Below, piece by piece: positions 41,791 through 54,932 of a stretch of DNA of 64,000 nucleotides (position 1 is the stretch's first letter; the number at the start of each line of letters is the position of its first letter). The DNA comes from the human T2T-CHM13v2.0 reference genome, Homo sapiens. Both the position numbers and the translations under genes were made by a program. Under the pieces are notes generated by a model that made no database searches, was not told the origin of the DNA, and saw only the letters and a program-made list of their open reading frames with translations. The stretch lies in the NCBI RefSeq assembly GCF_009914755.1, contig NC_060926.1. One strand, written 5' to 3'.

Positions 41791-43449
41791 ATGAACATTA
41801 TTGGGCATCTATGATACATGCTGACAGTGCAAGGAAAGAATTAGTCACATGGCCTGTTTTTAAAGTATTCTCATTCTGGTATAGATTTCCAAAGATGATT
41901 ACATATCAGTCACCTGGGAAATGTGGGAGGAAAGGGTTTGATTTTAGGAGTTCCTTAATCCTGATCATGCCTCTGACAGGGATAAAATTTACCCCCATGT
42001 TATAGCTGAGAAAACAGGTTCACAGAGTAGGACTCTTTTCAGAGTTTATATCAACAGTCAATTGTAAAGCAGGGATTGAAACCAGGTATTCTGATCCTAG
42101 AGCATAAGCTTTCTCCATCCTGTCTTGCTGTGTCTGCATTAGCTGTACTGGTTTATAGCTGTTGAAGAAGTCTTGAGCTTTAGTTTGATTAGCTAAAGCT
42201 CCGTACAGAGGCAGCACAGGAATGAAACTTACTCCTGTGCTTCTGTCAGTCCTTTTTACCATATAGAAGGATTGGGGATAATGTGTCCTTCCAAAAATTA
42301 TGGTCGGAATGATTTGAATATGCAGGAACATATTTTATGCTAGGAATTCAGGCTGTAGGAGGTAGGAAGGAGGAAGAAAATTCTGTAAACTGGTTGTGTT
42401 TGGCCCTACTAAGGAAGCTAGATTTAACTTCGGTTCATATTTTATGAACAGATTTATGTGCTCAGAAATGCTCTCCCATCCCCCTTAACAAAGTAACATA
42501 AATAAAGACCTAAAGCTATTACTCAGTATCTGAGATGTAGGAGTATTAATGAGAGCTGTGGACAGTCTAGAGAGAACAAAGGAGTGGGGAGAAAGAATTA
42601 AAAGGTTAGAAAGTTGGACTTCTGAGAAAAGGTTAAAAGCATTGGGATTATTTAACCTGCAAAAGTGAAAGAGGAACAAGGTGATAAATAACTCTCCGTA
42701 GATGAATTGTGCTTGTTTTTACCAGTCAATACTTAATGAGTGACTTGTATACTGAACATTGCACCAAATATTTTAGGAGAATACTAAATAGCTCATAGTT
42801 TTAAGATCTTAAAATCTAATTGGGTTGTTATAACACATGTATAGCTCTGGCATTTATGCATAGTTTCCAAAATTTGGAGAAATATTTCGAGAAACTGTCA
42901 CTCAAGACCAAAATCCAACCAACTTGGAAGAACTGATTAGGGAAGAAGGCAATGTCTTAGGGAGTTGGGGATTGTTAGAGGAGTTGGCAGGAACATTTAG
43001 AGAAAAAAAAAAACATTGCCAAATTGTGTTCTGCAGGGTACAAATTAATATACTTGAAAGGATGACTACATGGTCAAAAGAGAAATTCTGAGTTAAACAA
43101 GTAAAACCACTTCCTTTAGTGCAATTGCAATTAGAACCTTTAAAATGGTTATGTATGTTTTCAGTTTCCAAAAAGGAACTTATTGGAGACAGACCCAATT
43201 CTCACTTTTTGGGAGAACTGGGTAGGAAGGGAGCTAGTACTTAGAACATATTTTGGGAAATGCTGCCCCATAGGATTTGATAAGGTGGATTTTATCATGT
43301 TCAGACAAAAGATCCATTTTTCATTCAGAGACTATAAAGAGAAGACATGTAAGTAGACTGAGAGTCTCACAAAAATACATTTTTTTTTTCAAAATTGATT
43401 CCAATGAGGAGGAAAAATGGGAGGCATGTGAAGACTTTGAGTGGCTGAT

Positions 43450-45430
<1,981 letters not shown>

Positions 45431-45981
45431 TTCTTCCATTTTTGGAATGTTATAAAGGAAATGTGGGGTAAGGGAAGTACATTGAGTACCGTTTATGAAA
45501 AAATATCTTCCAGCTTTGAAATTCCATAATTCCTTGTTTGATGGAGTATAGATAAATTACACATGCAATGAAGGGCCATAAGTCGAGAAAGAAATTGTTG
45601 TTGCAGGGAAGCATCAGAGGTGGCATTTCCAAGGAGATGGATTTTGAACAAGTTGTGTAGAAAATGGCTAGGTAAAAGTGGTGGAACAGCAAAATAATTT
45701 TATTTATGACCACTGGTGGATTTTCTTGTGAAAAATCTGCCAGTGAAAAATGTCCTTGGAGATGGAGACTTCACAGACAAGTTTTGTGTATGAGATACAC
45801 ATGCACACATACACACACACAAACACACACATTTTAAATTTACTTTTTTAAGCTCAAAGAATTATTCACGTTGATAATTTTTAATTTTGTTATTTAAGAA
45901 CATGAAGGAAGAATGTTTCTAGTATCTATTTCCTAAGAAAAGGAAAGGAGGAAAGGAATCATGTCAGAAAAATCAACTGAT

Positions 45982-46280
45982 GGCTGGGCACAGTGCTTCA
46001 TGCCTATAATCCCAGCACTTTGGAAAGCTGAGGTGGGAGAATCAATCACTTGAGCCCAGTAGTTCAAGACCAGCCTAGGCATCACAGGGAGACCCCATCT
46101 CTACAAATAATAATAATAAAAAATTAGCCAGGCATAGTGGCATGTGCCTGTAATCCCAGCCACTTGGGAGGCTGAAGTGGGAGGATTGAGCCTGCATGGT
46201 AGAAGCTGCAGTGAGCCATGATTGTGCTACTACACTCCAGTCTGGGTGACTGAGCAAGACACTGTCTCAGAAAAAAAAAA
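45982..46280 (+). mobile_element. Alu (AluJ-like)
   Basis: ggctgggcacagtgcttcatgcctataatcccagcactttgg...cttgagccca...gctgcagtgagccatgatt...poly-A. Confidence 0.92.
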
Positions 46281-46479
46281 GTTTGTCTTCTCAAGAAAAA
46301 TCAATAAGGGATCTTATCATCAACATAACCAAACACATATAAACACAGTTCATGCAAGTGTATGTGTCATTGCTTCATTTTCTTCATTTCACTTCACACT
46401 GGCACTGTTCTTCAGACCAGAATTTGGGAACCATTGAGTTCACAAGATCCTTTGATGGGAATTTGGGGAATTTAAGACT

Positions 46480-46865
46480 TGTTCTAGGTTATACTCAATA
46501 ACAGTCAATTTCAAAATCTCAGTGGCTCATCGCAGCAAGCATTTCTTTTTCCCTCACATTACATGAAGGCTGCGTGTTAGCTGCTGTGGCTCTCTTCTCC
46601 ACATTCTAGATTGGCTTCAGATCTCATCTGAGATGTGCCCTTCTTATGGCACAGGAGTAAGAGATGCTAAGCAAAACTATAAAGTTACCATGAAAGCTTT
46701 TACTCAAAAGTAGCATATATCATACCTATTCATGTTCCACAGTCCAAAGTAAGTCACATGGCCAACTCACATCAATACAGTTGAGAAGTATATGTGTGCG
46801 TGTGTGTGTGTGTAGCATAATATATATATGAGGAAAGAGATTTGTGAACAATATATGCTACAATA
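46480..46865. mobile_element. MaLR LTR (old MLT1-type)
   Basis: aaaatctcagtggctca...catttctttt...ccaaagtaagtcacatggccaac...ttgtgaacaata. Confidence 0.6.
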
Positions 46866-47224
46866 AAGTCATTTCAGAAGTTTTTAGATGGGAAAATGAC
46901 ATGATGAAAACTAAGAAAAACAATATTTGCAGCAACAGTTAGTATTAATTGACACTGAGGACATTGAAAACAGGAAGAGTAACTTGAGGATAGCTTATTT
47001 CTTCTCATGACTCTGTAACTTCACCTAAGTATCAGAATCCCAGTGGCAAAATCTCAGCACAGCTAATCTCATGAGATATACCTTCACACTTCATGTCACA
47101 TTATAGTGACAAGTCCAAGTTGTTCAAATCCAAGATAGCTTCACCTTTAATTACTTTTTTTTTTTTTGTCACCAAACTACAAGAATTTGATCCTGTAGAT
47201 TTTGTCGGTCAGTTTCTGTGTAAG

Positions 47225-47552
47225 AATACTCAGCAGTACAAAGAAACAAAATATTGAAACATGCAGCAACATAAATGAATCTCAGAATTATTATCCTTTG
47301 TGAAAGCAGTCAAACACAAAAGACTACATACTATATGAAACCTTTTGTAAGAAATTCCAGAAAAGGCAAACTCTGGTGACAAGAAGCCAGTCAGTGTTTG
47401 CCTGTGGCTAGAGATCATGGGAAGGGATCAGCTGCAAATGGACATGAGGAAAGTTTTAGGGTGATGGAGATGCTGTAGATCTTAATCATGGTAGTAGGTA
47501 CATTTTATTCAATATAAATTATACTTCAATGAAACTGGAAGAAATAAAAAAA
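47225..47552 (+). mobile_element. Old L1 (L1ME/L1MC-like) 3' end
   Basis: aatactcagcagtacaaagaaac...acatgcagcaacataaatgaatctca...gggtgatggagatg...aaattatacttcaatgaa. Confidence 0.8.
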
Positions 47553-47670
47553 TTGTGCTGGTTAGATAAGTAAGGATCAACTTCATTTTCTGAAGATCAA
47601 CAGTAAAAAAAGGAGGAAAAAAATCAATATTTCCATGTGTCTTTGAACTTTGTGTGTATCTCTGTTTTAG

Positions 47671-47783
47671 GAACAACTTGAAACAGCCAGGAAGTTTCTA
47701 TATTATGAAATGGGCTATAAATCTCGATCAGAACAGTTAACAGATCGCTCTGAAATTAGCCTACTGCCTTCAGACATTGACAG
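47671..47783 (+). CDS. GPD2: GPD2 coding exon (exon 14), 113 nt, phase 0-2
   Basis: tctgttttag|GAACAA acceptor and GACAG|gtactt donor. Encodes EQLETARKFLYYEMGYKSRSEQLTDRSEISLLPSDID. Confidence 0.96.
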
Positions 47784-47867
47784 GTACTTATAATAAGTGT
47801 CTATCTATCTCTCTTTTTTTTTGGCCTATGTAAGTATATTTTTCCATTATTTAATCTTGTGTTCCAG

Positions 47868-47946
47868 GTATAAGAAGAGATTTCATAAGTTTGATGCAGA
47901 CCAGAAAGGCTTTATTACCATTGTTGATGTTCAGCGTGTATTAGAG
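47868..47946 (+). CDS. GPD2: GPD2 coding exon (exon 15), 79 nt, phase 2-0, EF-hand 1
   Basis: Follows an 84-nt intron. gttccag|GTATAA acceptor and GAG|gtaatt donor. Encodes YKKRFHKFDADQKGFITIVDVQRVLE (EF-like loop DADQKGFITIVD). Confidence 0.96.
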
Positions 47947-48091
47947 GTAATTTTCTTTGGTTGATGTCAGCCTCTGATACTAGAAGAATATAAAAATATT
48001 AGATGTTTTTCTCATCTAGGGTTTTCTACAAGTAATATTTTTGTTATAATTTTTAAAAGATTTAGTAACATTAGTGAAAGCATATTTATAA

Positions 48092-48413
48092 TTTTTTTTC
48101 TTTTTTCTTTCTTTTTTTTTTTTTTTGAGACAGAGTCTCACTCTGTTGCCCAGGATGGTGTGCAGTGTTGCACGATCTCGGCTCACTGTAACCTCCTCCT
48201 CCTGGGTTCAAGCGGTTCTCCTGCCTCAGCCTCCAGAGTAGCTGGGACTACAAGTGCGCACCACCATGCCCGGCTAATTTTTAAAATATTTTTTGCAGAG
48301 ATGGGGTTTCTCCATGTTGGCCAGGCTGGTCTCGAACTCCTGACCTCAACTAATCTGCCTGCCTTGGCCTCCCAAAGTGCTGGGATTACAGGCATGAGCC
48401 TCCTTGCCCAGCC
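48092..48413 (-). mobile_element. Alu (AluS-like) in the intron between the two EF-hand exons
   Basis: T-rich tail and full body; TSD aaagcatatttataatttt/aaagcatatgcataatttt. Confidence 0.95.
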
Positions 48414-48471
48414 AAAGCATATGCATAATTTTTAATCAAACTGTATTATTCTATGCTTTTCTTTTACTTAG

Positions 48472-48570
48472 AGTATCAATGTCCAAATGGATGAAAATAC
48501 ACTCCATGAAATTCTAAATGAAGTTGATTTGAATAAAAATGGACAGGTTGAACTCAATGAATTTTTGCAG
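48472..48570 (+). CDS. GPD2: GPD2 coding exon (exon 16), 99 nt, phase 0-0, EF-hand 2
   Basis: cttttacttag|AGTATC acceptor and CAG|gtgagt donor. Encodes SINVQMDENTLHEILNEVDLNKNGQVELNEFLQ (canonical loop DLNKNGQVELNE). Confidence 0.97.
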
Positions 48571-50696
48571 GTGAGTTGTGGTGAAAGGAAACAAGGATAT
48601 TTGCTTTTATCTTTTGTTTGTCATGATCATAAATGCATGTTCAAGAATGGATATTTAAGTCCACACAATTGTCAGATTATTCTGAAGAAGAAGAAAGCTC
48701 GAAGCCAGCAGAGGTTGATATGTCTGCCCTCAAGTGTAAGGCTCTACTGTGGTGCATATTCTTTTCCTTTTTTTGTATAAGAAACATTCCATTATGTTGG
48801 GCAATTTAGATTAAATCCAAGTTATTTATCATAAAGGGTTGAATATGAAGCATGCTTTTTAAAGACGTATGCCATGGCATATCAATGCTGGACCTTTTTC
48901 TTTTGCTTACTTTTCTTTTTCTTTTCCTGTACTTCATAAGAGGCAACACAAGATTTCTAATCTTTTATGTAGAAAATTTTTAAAAAGTATGGTTCTATTC
49001 ACTAATGAATCATATTCATTTGAGAATTTAGTGATTAGATTCTGTCATTATAAAGAACTAGAAAAACATAAGGAAGGAAACTTGTATTTTGGGGTCAAGA
49101 CCACATAATTTAAGTATTTCCATTTCCAATTGTTAATTTATTCAAGGCTCTGTTGTTTAATCTTTGTAATCATGCAGGAAATAAATTTTGTTACTTTAAC
49201 TTCAAACTGGATGCTACATATCGTTTCTTAAAAGAAATTTCAACAAACCCATACATTATTTCTAACTGTCCATATGACTCTGATCATATGAAGAATGTAT
49301 TGGGTTTCCAAGCAGCTAGGTTTTTTTCTGTAGTGCTTCTTGGGCAGGTATTTCAAATGAATGCCAGGTCTTGCTTGCACCATGGCAATGATGAATGCTG
49401 AACATGAAATAAATTAATGCTGGGGATTTTGGTCAATGTCAGCCCTTTCTTCACTGTGTCAAGTTAAACAAACAAGATCAAGGCAAAGGAAATGGTAATT
49501 GTCTCTCTGGAGATGAGCTGCAGATAAGAGCATTGTTGAATCTAAATGCAGAAAATTTTCACAGGTTGTGTCCAGCATTACAAAAAAGAATGTTTGGTTC
49601 TTTAGCTTACTGTTTAACTAAATACACATTTTAAATTGAATTTAAAATTTATGCTTGGGAATTAAAACACCATTTAATGCATTTTTTGTGTAGTTTTTCT
49701 GGAGAATATTTTATTGTTGCCCTCACAATGTTAGAAAACTTTTCTTCAAAGAAATGGCCTGTGCTTCATTTCATGTGTTGTAAATAAACAGCAGAATTTA
49801 GGGTTGAAAGACATGGCACTTTAGAAACAATAAGAATCTGATTTTATGAATATGCTATGTGGTTTAGGTTTTAAGTAATTTTCTTGAATGCAGTTGAGTT
49901 AAAAGCAGGAGATAATTGAAACTATCTGCAGGTTTTCTTGTAGAGTTTTTTTTTTAAATAATTGAGTATTTTTTGTCCAATTCCAAATGAAAGGGACTAT
50001 TCATGCTTTTACTAAGAACAAATACACAGTGTGATTTTCAACTTTAAAATGCTGACCATATTCCTCATGAAATATATTCACACCCAAATGTTATTTTTTT
50101 CTTGTAATATGGTTTCTAGATACATGTAGTGTTTAAAGAAAACTTTTGAGTTTTTAGAAGTTGGCACATCATATACTGTCTATGGCTTAAAAAACCTCTA
50201 GCTTTGTCAGTTGTGTTAGCTCTGATAAACTTTGCAGGTCTTCCTGGAATCAGAGACAAAGCAATAAACAATAAATTGTTCCGTCTTTAGATGTCAGCAT
50301 TGCTTATGTTACATCATTCCTCAGATGTAAAGTATATTTGAAGGGTTTTTTTAGTTTTTTTAAAATATTTTGCTCTTCTGCAGACTAAGAGCCCATGTTT
50401 ATCCCATTAAATATATTTTTTGAATATAGATACGGTTTTTCATTAATCTTCACAGAAGGATCACTATAGATATCTCATGGTTATATGACTTTATTTCTAA
50501 GTCTGGGTTTTAATGACACTTTTGCATGTAGGAGTCCATCTCTAATAAGCAATAGCTTGTGAAACAGCTTTTAATAAGGTCATGAAATTCTGATCCAGCC
50601 CCTTGGCAGATGTCTCTGACTCTTATTCAGAGCTCTTTTTAAGCAACGTGTCTCTATAGGCTAAAAGCTATAACCCTAAAAATATTTTGAGAATTT

Positions 50697-50800
50697 ACAT
50701 ACATACATAGATACATCATATATATATATAATGTGTGTGTGTGTATATATATAATGTGTATATATATATGATGTGTGTGCATGTGTGTATATATTTATAT
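50697..50800. repeat. Compound (TA)n/(TG)n microsatellite
   Basis: atatatatatataatgtgtgtgtgtgtatatatataatgtgtatatatatatgatgtgtgtg. Confidence 0.9.
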
Positions 50801-51576
50801 GATGAATAGCTAAATCTTTTCTTTTTAAAACAAATAAAAAAGATTAGGGAAGTGAGATCAAGAAGAGCAAATAGTTGAAACCACATCAAACTTGAAAAGG
50901 AAAAAAATCCCTATGCTCATAATTGCAAAGTGCCTTCCAGATTAAAGGCCTTTGCCCGCTGCCTGCATGTAATTTCAAGACTAATTCTGATTTTATCCAT
51001 TGGATAAAAATGAATTAGCTAAAATCTGGGCTGTAGAGTGCTTTTAATTCTTAAGGTAGATCTCTGGGTCCATTTTCAAGGAATTAAATGTAAATTACGT
51101 TAAAAAGTCTTTAAGGAATTTGGATTTAGGGGACTCGAAGTTGTCAAGTACAGTAACATTAAAAAAAAGGGTAGACAAATATAGGTCATGGTTTGTCTTT
51201 GTTCAATCCCTGAGATTCCTTTTTAAGATTTTAAATGGAATTAAAGATCCAATATTTGAAGTTGCTAAAAAAAAAAAAAAAAAAGTGCCTTGAGCACATT
51301 AAAGGACAAAAAATGATGCATTAAGATTTGCTTTTAGAGGCAGGGTGATTTACTAGATGGATGTAGTTTTTGTGGCAGTGTTGAAATACCTGCCTCTTCC
51401 CCTCTTTTGGAAACGTTTAAAAATTAGACTCTTCTTATCTGAGCTGTAGTACTTGTTAAGGTTTTTGATGGAGCACTTAATTACCTCTGTCTGCTGCAAT
51501 TCTAACGATTATGATGCCATGAAGAAGAGAGTAAGTTGGCCTGCGTTCTGAATCTGTTGCATATTTTCTCTTTAAG

Positions 51577-51702
51577 CTGATGAGTGCTATTCAAAAAGGA
51601 AGGGTATCTGGAAGCCGGCTTGCTATACTAATGAAAACTGCAGAAGAGAACCTCGACAGAAGAGTTCCAATTCCAGTGGACCGTAGTTGTGGAGGATTGT
51701 GA
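51577..51702 (+). CDS. GPD2: GPD2 last exon, coding part with TGA stop
   Basis: ttttctctttaag|CTGATG acceptor. Encodes LMSAIQKGRVSGSRLAILMKTAEENLDRRVPIPVDRSCGGL; TGA at 51700-51702. Confidence 0.97.
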   Translation: MMSAIQKGRVSGSRLAILMKTAEENLDRRVPIPVDRSCGGL

Positions 51703-52085
51703 GTCTGGGCAGTAAATCCACAGCCAACAAACATAGAAACGACAAATCACCATGTAACAACCAGAGATGACTGAAACCACTCTGAAATAATGAATGTGGA
51801 TAGCTGCCTTTTTTAACACTAGAAAACATTCCAAAACTTTAAGGTGTTGGTGTATTTGCCAGCTTTATTTGCTGTACTTTATTTGTATTTGCCATTCAGT
51901 CTAGCTTTTAAGTATATTTTTTTCTTTTTCTCATTTTCAATGCACATTAGTTTTGCATCTGTTTTGTGACCTGTTAGATGTGACACATTCTCTTTTTGTT
52001 TATTCCCTTATTCTAAATGAGTTCTAAAAACATAATATTTTGGCAAAAATTGAAAAAAGCTGGAGACATTTTGTGACATGCATAC

Positions 52086-52209
52086 AGATAGCATGTGTTA
52101 TTAAAAAGAGTTGCCTATTGAAATGATCGTGTTTCTGGAGAAATTAAGCTTATAGACAGCATGTGTTATTAAAAAGAGTTACCTATTGAAATGATAGTGT
52201 TTCTGGAGA
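52086..52209 (+). repeat. 56-bp direct duplication (period 68) in the 3' UTR
   Basis: agatagcatgtgttattaaaaagagttgcctattgaaatgatcgtgtttctggaga (52086-52141) versus agacagcatgtgttattaaaaagagttacctattgaaatgatagtgtttctggaga (52154-52209): 3 mismatches. Confidence 0.93.
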
Positions 52210-53936
52210 TTTCTCAGCCCCATCTTCCTCCAGCTTGTCTACCTTCCTCATGCAAACAATATTCCACATTTTTATATCTAGAGCATGACTGGCTAACTGG
52301 AGAGGGAAGGAAAAGTTTAGATCTGGTTACTGGAGCAAGTCTCAAAGAGAAACTCTGAAAGCTTCCAGAATCACAGGTATAAGATAAGGATAGCATTGAC
52401 ATTTGCTGGGAGTTACAGTGATAGTTTCATCTCAGCAGTTCATTTTTTTCTTCAGTCACTGCTGGTTTTCTTTGACTATTATAGTTGCCAGGAAGATCCT
52501 TGCTCTTCTTACTTTAAAACCAGCATTTAAGTGGCAATTTGGATGTAATAGGATGAGACCAAATTTATCTAATTATTACAGTAGTAATACATTTAAGAGT
52601 TAAAAATGTGTTTTTATATATCCACATATGATAACAAAAGATTCAATTCCCAAGCCTAAATTTTGAAGCATGTGGTATTGTCAAATCTAGCTTACCATCT
52701 TTTTTGGGGGTACTTGCAACCATAGTAAAGGAAGATGGAATAGACTTTAGTTAACTTTAATTATAATTATATGTTAAATAAGGCACATAACCAGTTTCCA
52801 AGGTCATCATGGTTGCTTAAAGTCTTTCCCCTTCTGTACTCCATGGAAATATTCTCAGTAAACCAAAAACAAAAATGGAAAAATAATCACCAACCCCCAT
52901 CCCGACACACACACAGAGTCCAAAGCAAAAGTCAGTGTGTATTGAATTTAACAAGTAATGCAGTTTGGGATGCTTTTGCTACATTTTGGTGGCATTTTAA
53001 CTAGTTATCTGAATATTTATTAATCGTACTTCCTCTTGTAAAGTTAACTACTTACTTTTTTGTTGTTGTTTTTTTAACATCAGGTTCTGTATCTAATAGG
53101 AGATGTAACACTTTATTTCATGGCAGGTTTTTATTGCAGAGACTTGAAGTCTTAGTTTTTTAAACTGGCACATAAAACACTTTTTGCTGTTATTTTTATT
53201 TATGTCAATACTGCAGAGTATCTTTATGCCTTATTCAAGTGGATTCTGAGCCTGTATGTCACAATGTAAACACTGGAGGTTCACTCACCTACGCACTCAC
53301 CCACCACCTCTGAAAGAAACAGAAACTGCAGAGAAAGACAGCATCTTAGCTCATTTTGTTTTTAAATGAGGTTTTAGACGCTTGCCACTTCCTAAGGGAA
53401 ATCCTAAAACAGAGCAAGTGATGCTCCCAGGTATCACTGTGAACTTTTTTCTTTCAAAGTGTGAATTTTTACACTGGCTTTTTCATTTTTTTAAAGTAAT
53501 TGAAGCTTGTGGCTTTACAACTTAGTGTTTTTTGCTATCCAGATAACAAGTTTCATTGTTTAGAACCCAGTGACACTTAATAGGTAGATAAATTGTCCTT
53601 TAAAATATCCCAGATGATATACACAATATGGTACATTTGTGCTCTCTCTCTCTGTTTTTCTCTCTTTCTCTTTCTAGTTAGATCAAGATAACGATGACTT
53701 GTACCCTCCCTGATTCTGTTACAGTAGGGCCCGGGCAGATCTGTGTTTGTTAAACAGGCCTTGTTTGTGCATGCTTTGCTATGAATGAAGTTCCTTTAAG
53801 GACAAAGAAAAGCACACTTTTCTTCTTTTGAGCATATCTGCTTTTACTTTAAATCTGCTAATTTCTAAAATGTAGAGTCCTTCACCAATCCCAGAGACTC
53901 AATTTGGAAATGAACTGATTTCAAGCCGTTACTGTC

Positions 53937-53942
53937 AATAAA
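53937..53942 (+). terminator. Candidate internal polyadenylation signal AATAAA
   Basis: actgtcAATAAAgcac within the 3' UTR. Confidence 0.4.
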
Positions 53943-54916
53943 GCACCCCAGCATTTTGTATAAGCTCTTAATTAAACCTGTACAGCTTCTTTACCTGATT
54001 TAAGAAAGGGAGACAAGCAATAGGGGGGAATAAGCTTCTTCAAAATTCATTCCAAGCACAAAAGAAATTTTTTCCCTTTGCATATAAACTTGACATCAGT
54101 TGATTCTGTTGGGGTCGGGGTGGGTATGCAGGGATTGCCTTTTATTATCAAGTGATTTATTTCAAGAGCCTTTGAGGGGATTCAGGTGAAGGAACCCCCA
54201 TCTGTGCTGGAGAGTTGGATACTCCTTTAAATAGCCCCCACCACAGTCATAACAATAATGATAATGCTGGATTATTTGTTAAGCCAAGGTTGTCTGCCTC
54301 ATATCCATCATGCTGTTTGCAATATTCTTGCTTTCAATCAATTTATACTGAGTGTAACTTTAGGATTTCTGCTATTAAATGCATGCTCTCTATCCTGCTT
54401 CAGTTTCTGGCTTTGCTTTGTCTGTTTCAAAATATGTAGCTTCCTCTTTTGTACAACAAAAAACTCATTCTCACTTTTACTAAATATACTGTAGGAGTCA
54501 TCATTGATGTTATTTTTCTCTTATATATCTGTAAAGATTTTTGGCATATGAATGTAATATTAAAGTCAATGATGCTATAACTTGCGATGTTTGCATCATG
54601 TCAACCTTTTTGAAGGAGTGAAAAAGCCCTACTATGTTTTTAAATAGCAAGTGTAAGCTCAGTGCTAGAGTGGATATACACACCGCATGTTTTCATATGT
54701 GGCACTTTTATGTATCATGTTGGGTTATTGTTCTAGACTGGACTGTTAAATACTATGTTTGAGGCTGGGTTGTCATTTTTATAACTGTCTTGGTGTTTTA
54801 TGGCCATTATTTATTACTTTTGATACACAGAATGAGCTGCATGCATTTATAGAGCAATAAGAGGATGTATTTAATGTGCCTTGTTTTTAACTGAATAAGA
54901 ACTGGAAGCATGAATC

Positions 54917-54932
54917 AATAAAACTGATTAAA
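54917..54932 (+). terminator. Distal polyadenylation signals AATAAA + ATTAAA
   Basis: AATAAA at 54917-54922 and ATTAAA at 54927-54932, followed by T/GT-rich sequence. Confidence 0.6.

Noticed and set aside
51700-51710. Stop-codon readthrough or selenocysteine at TGA
   Set aside because: Context is TGA-GTC rather than TGA-CTAG, and I recognised no SECIS-like element.
52086-52209. Repeat-spacer-repeat arrangement superficially like CRISPR
   Set aside because: Only two copies, a 12-nt gap, eukaryotic 3' UTR context and no cas genes.
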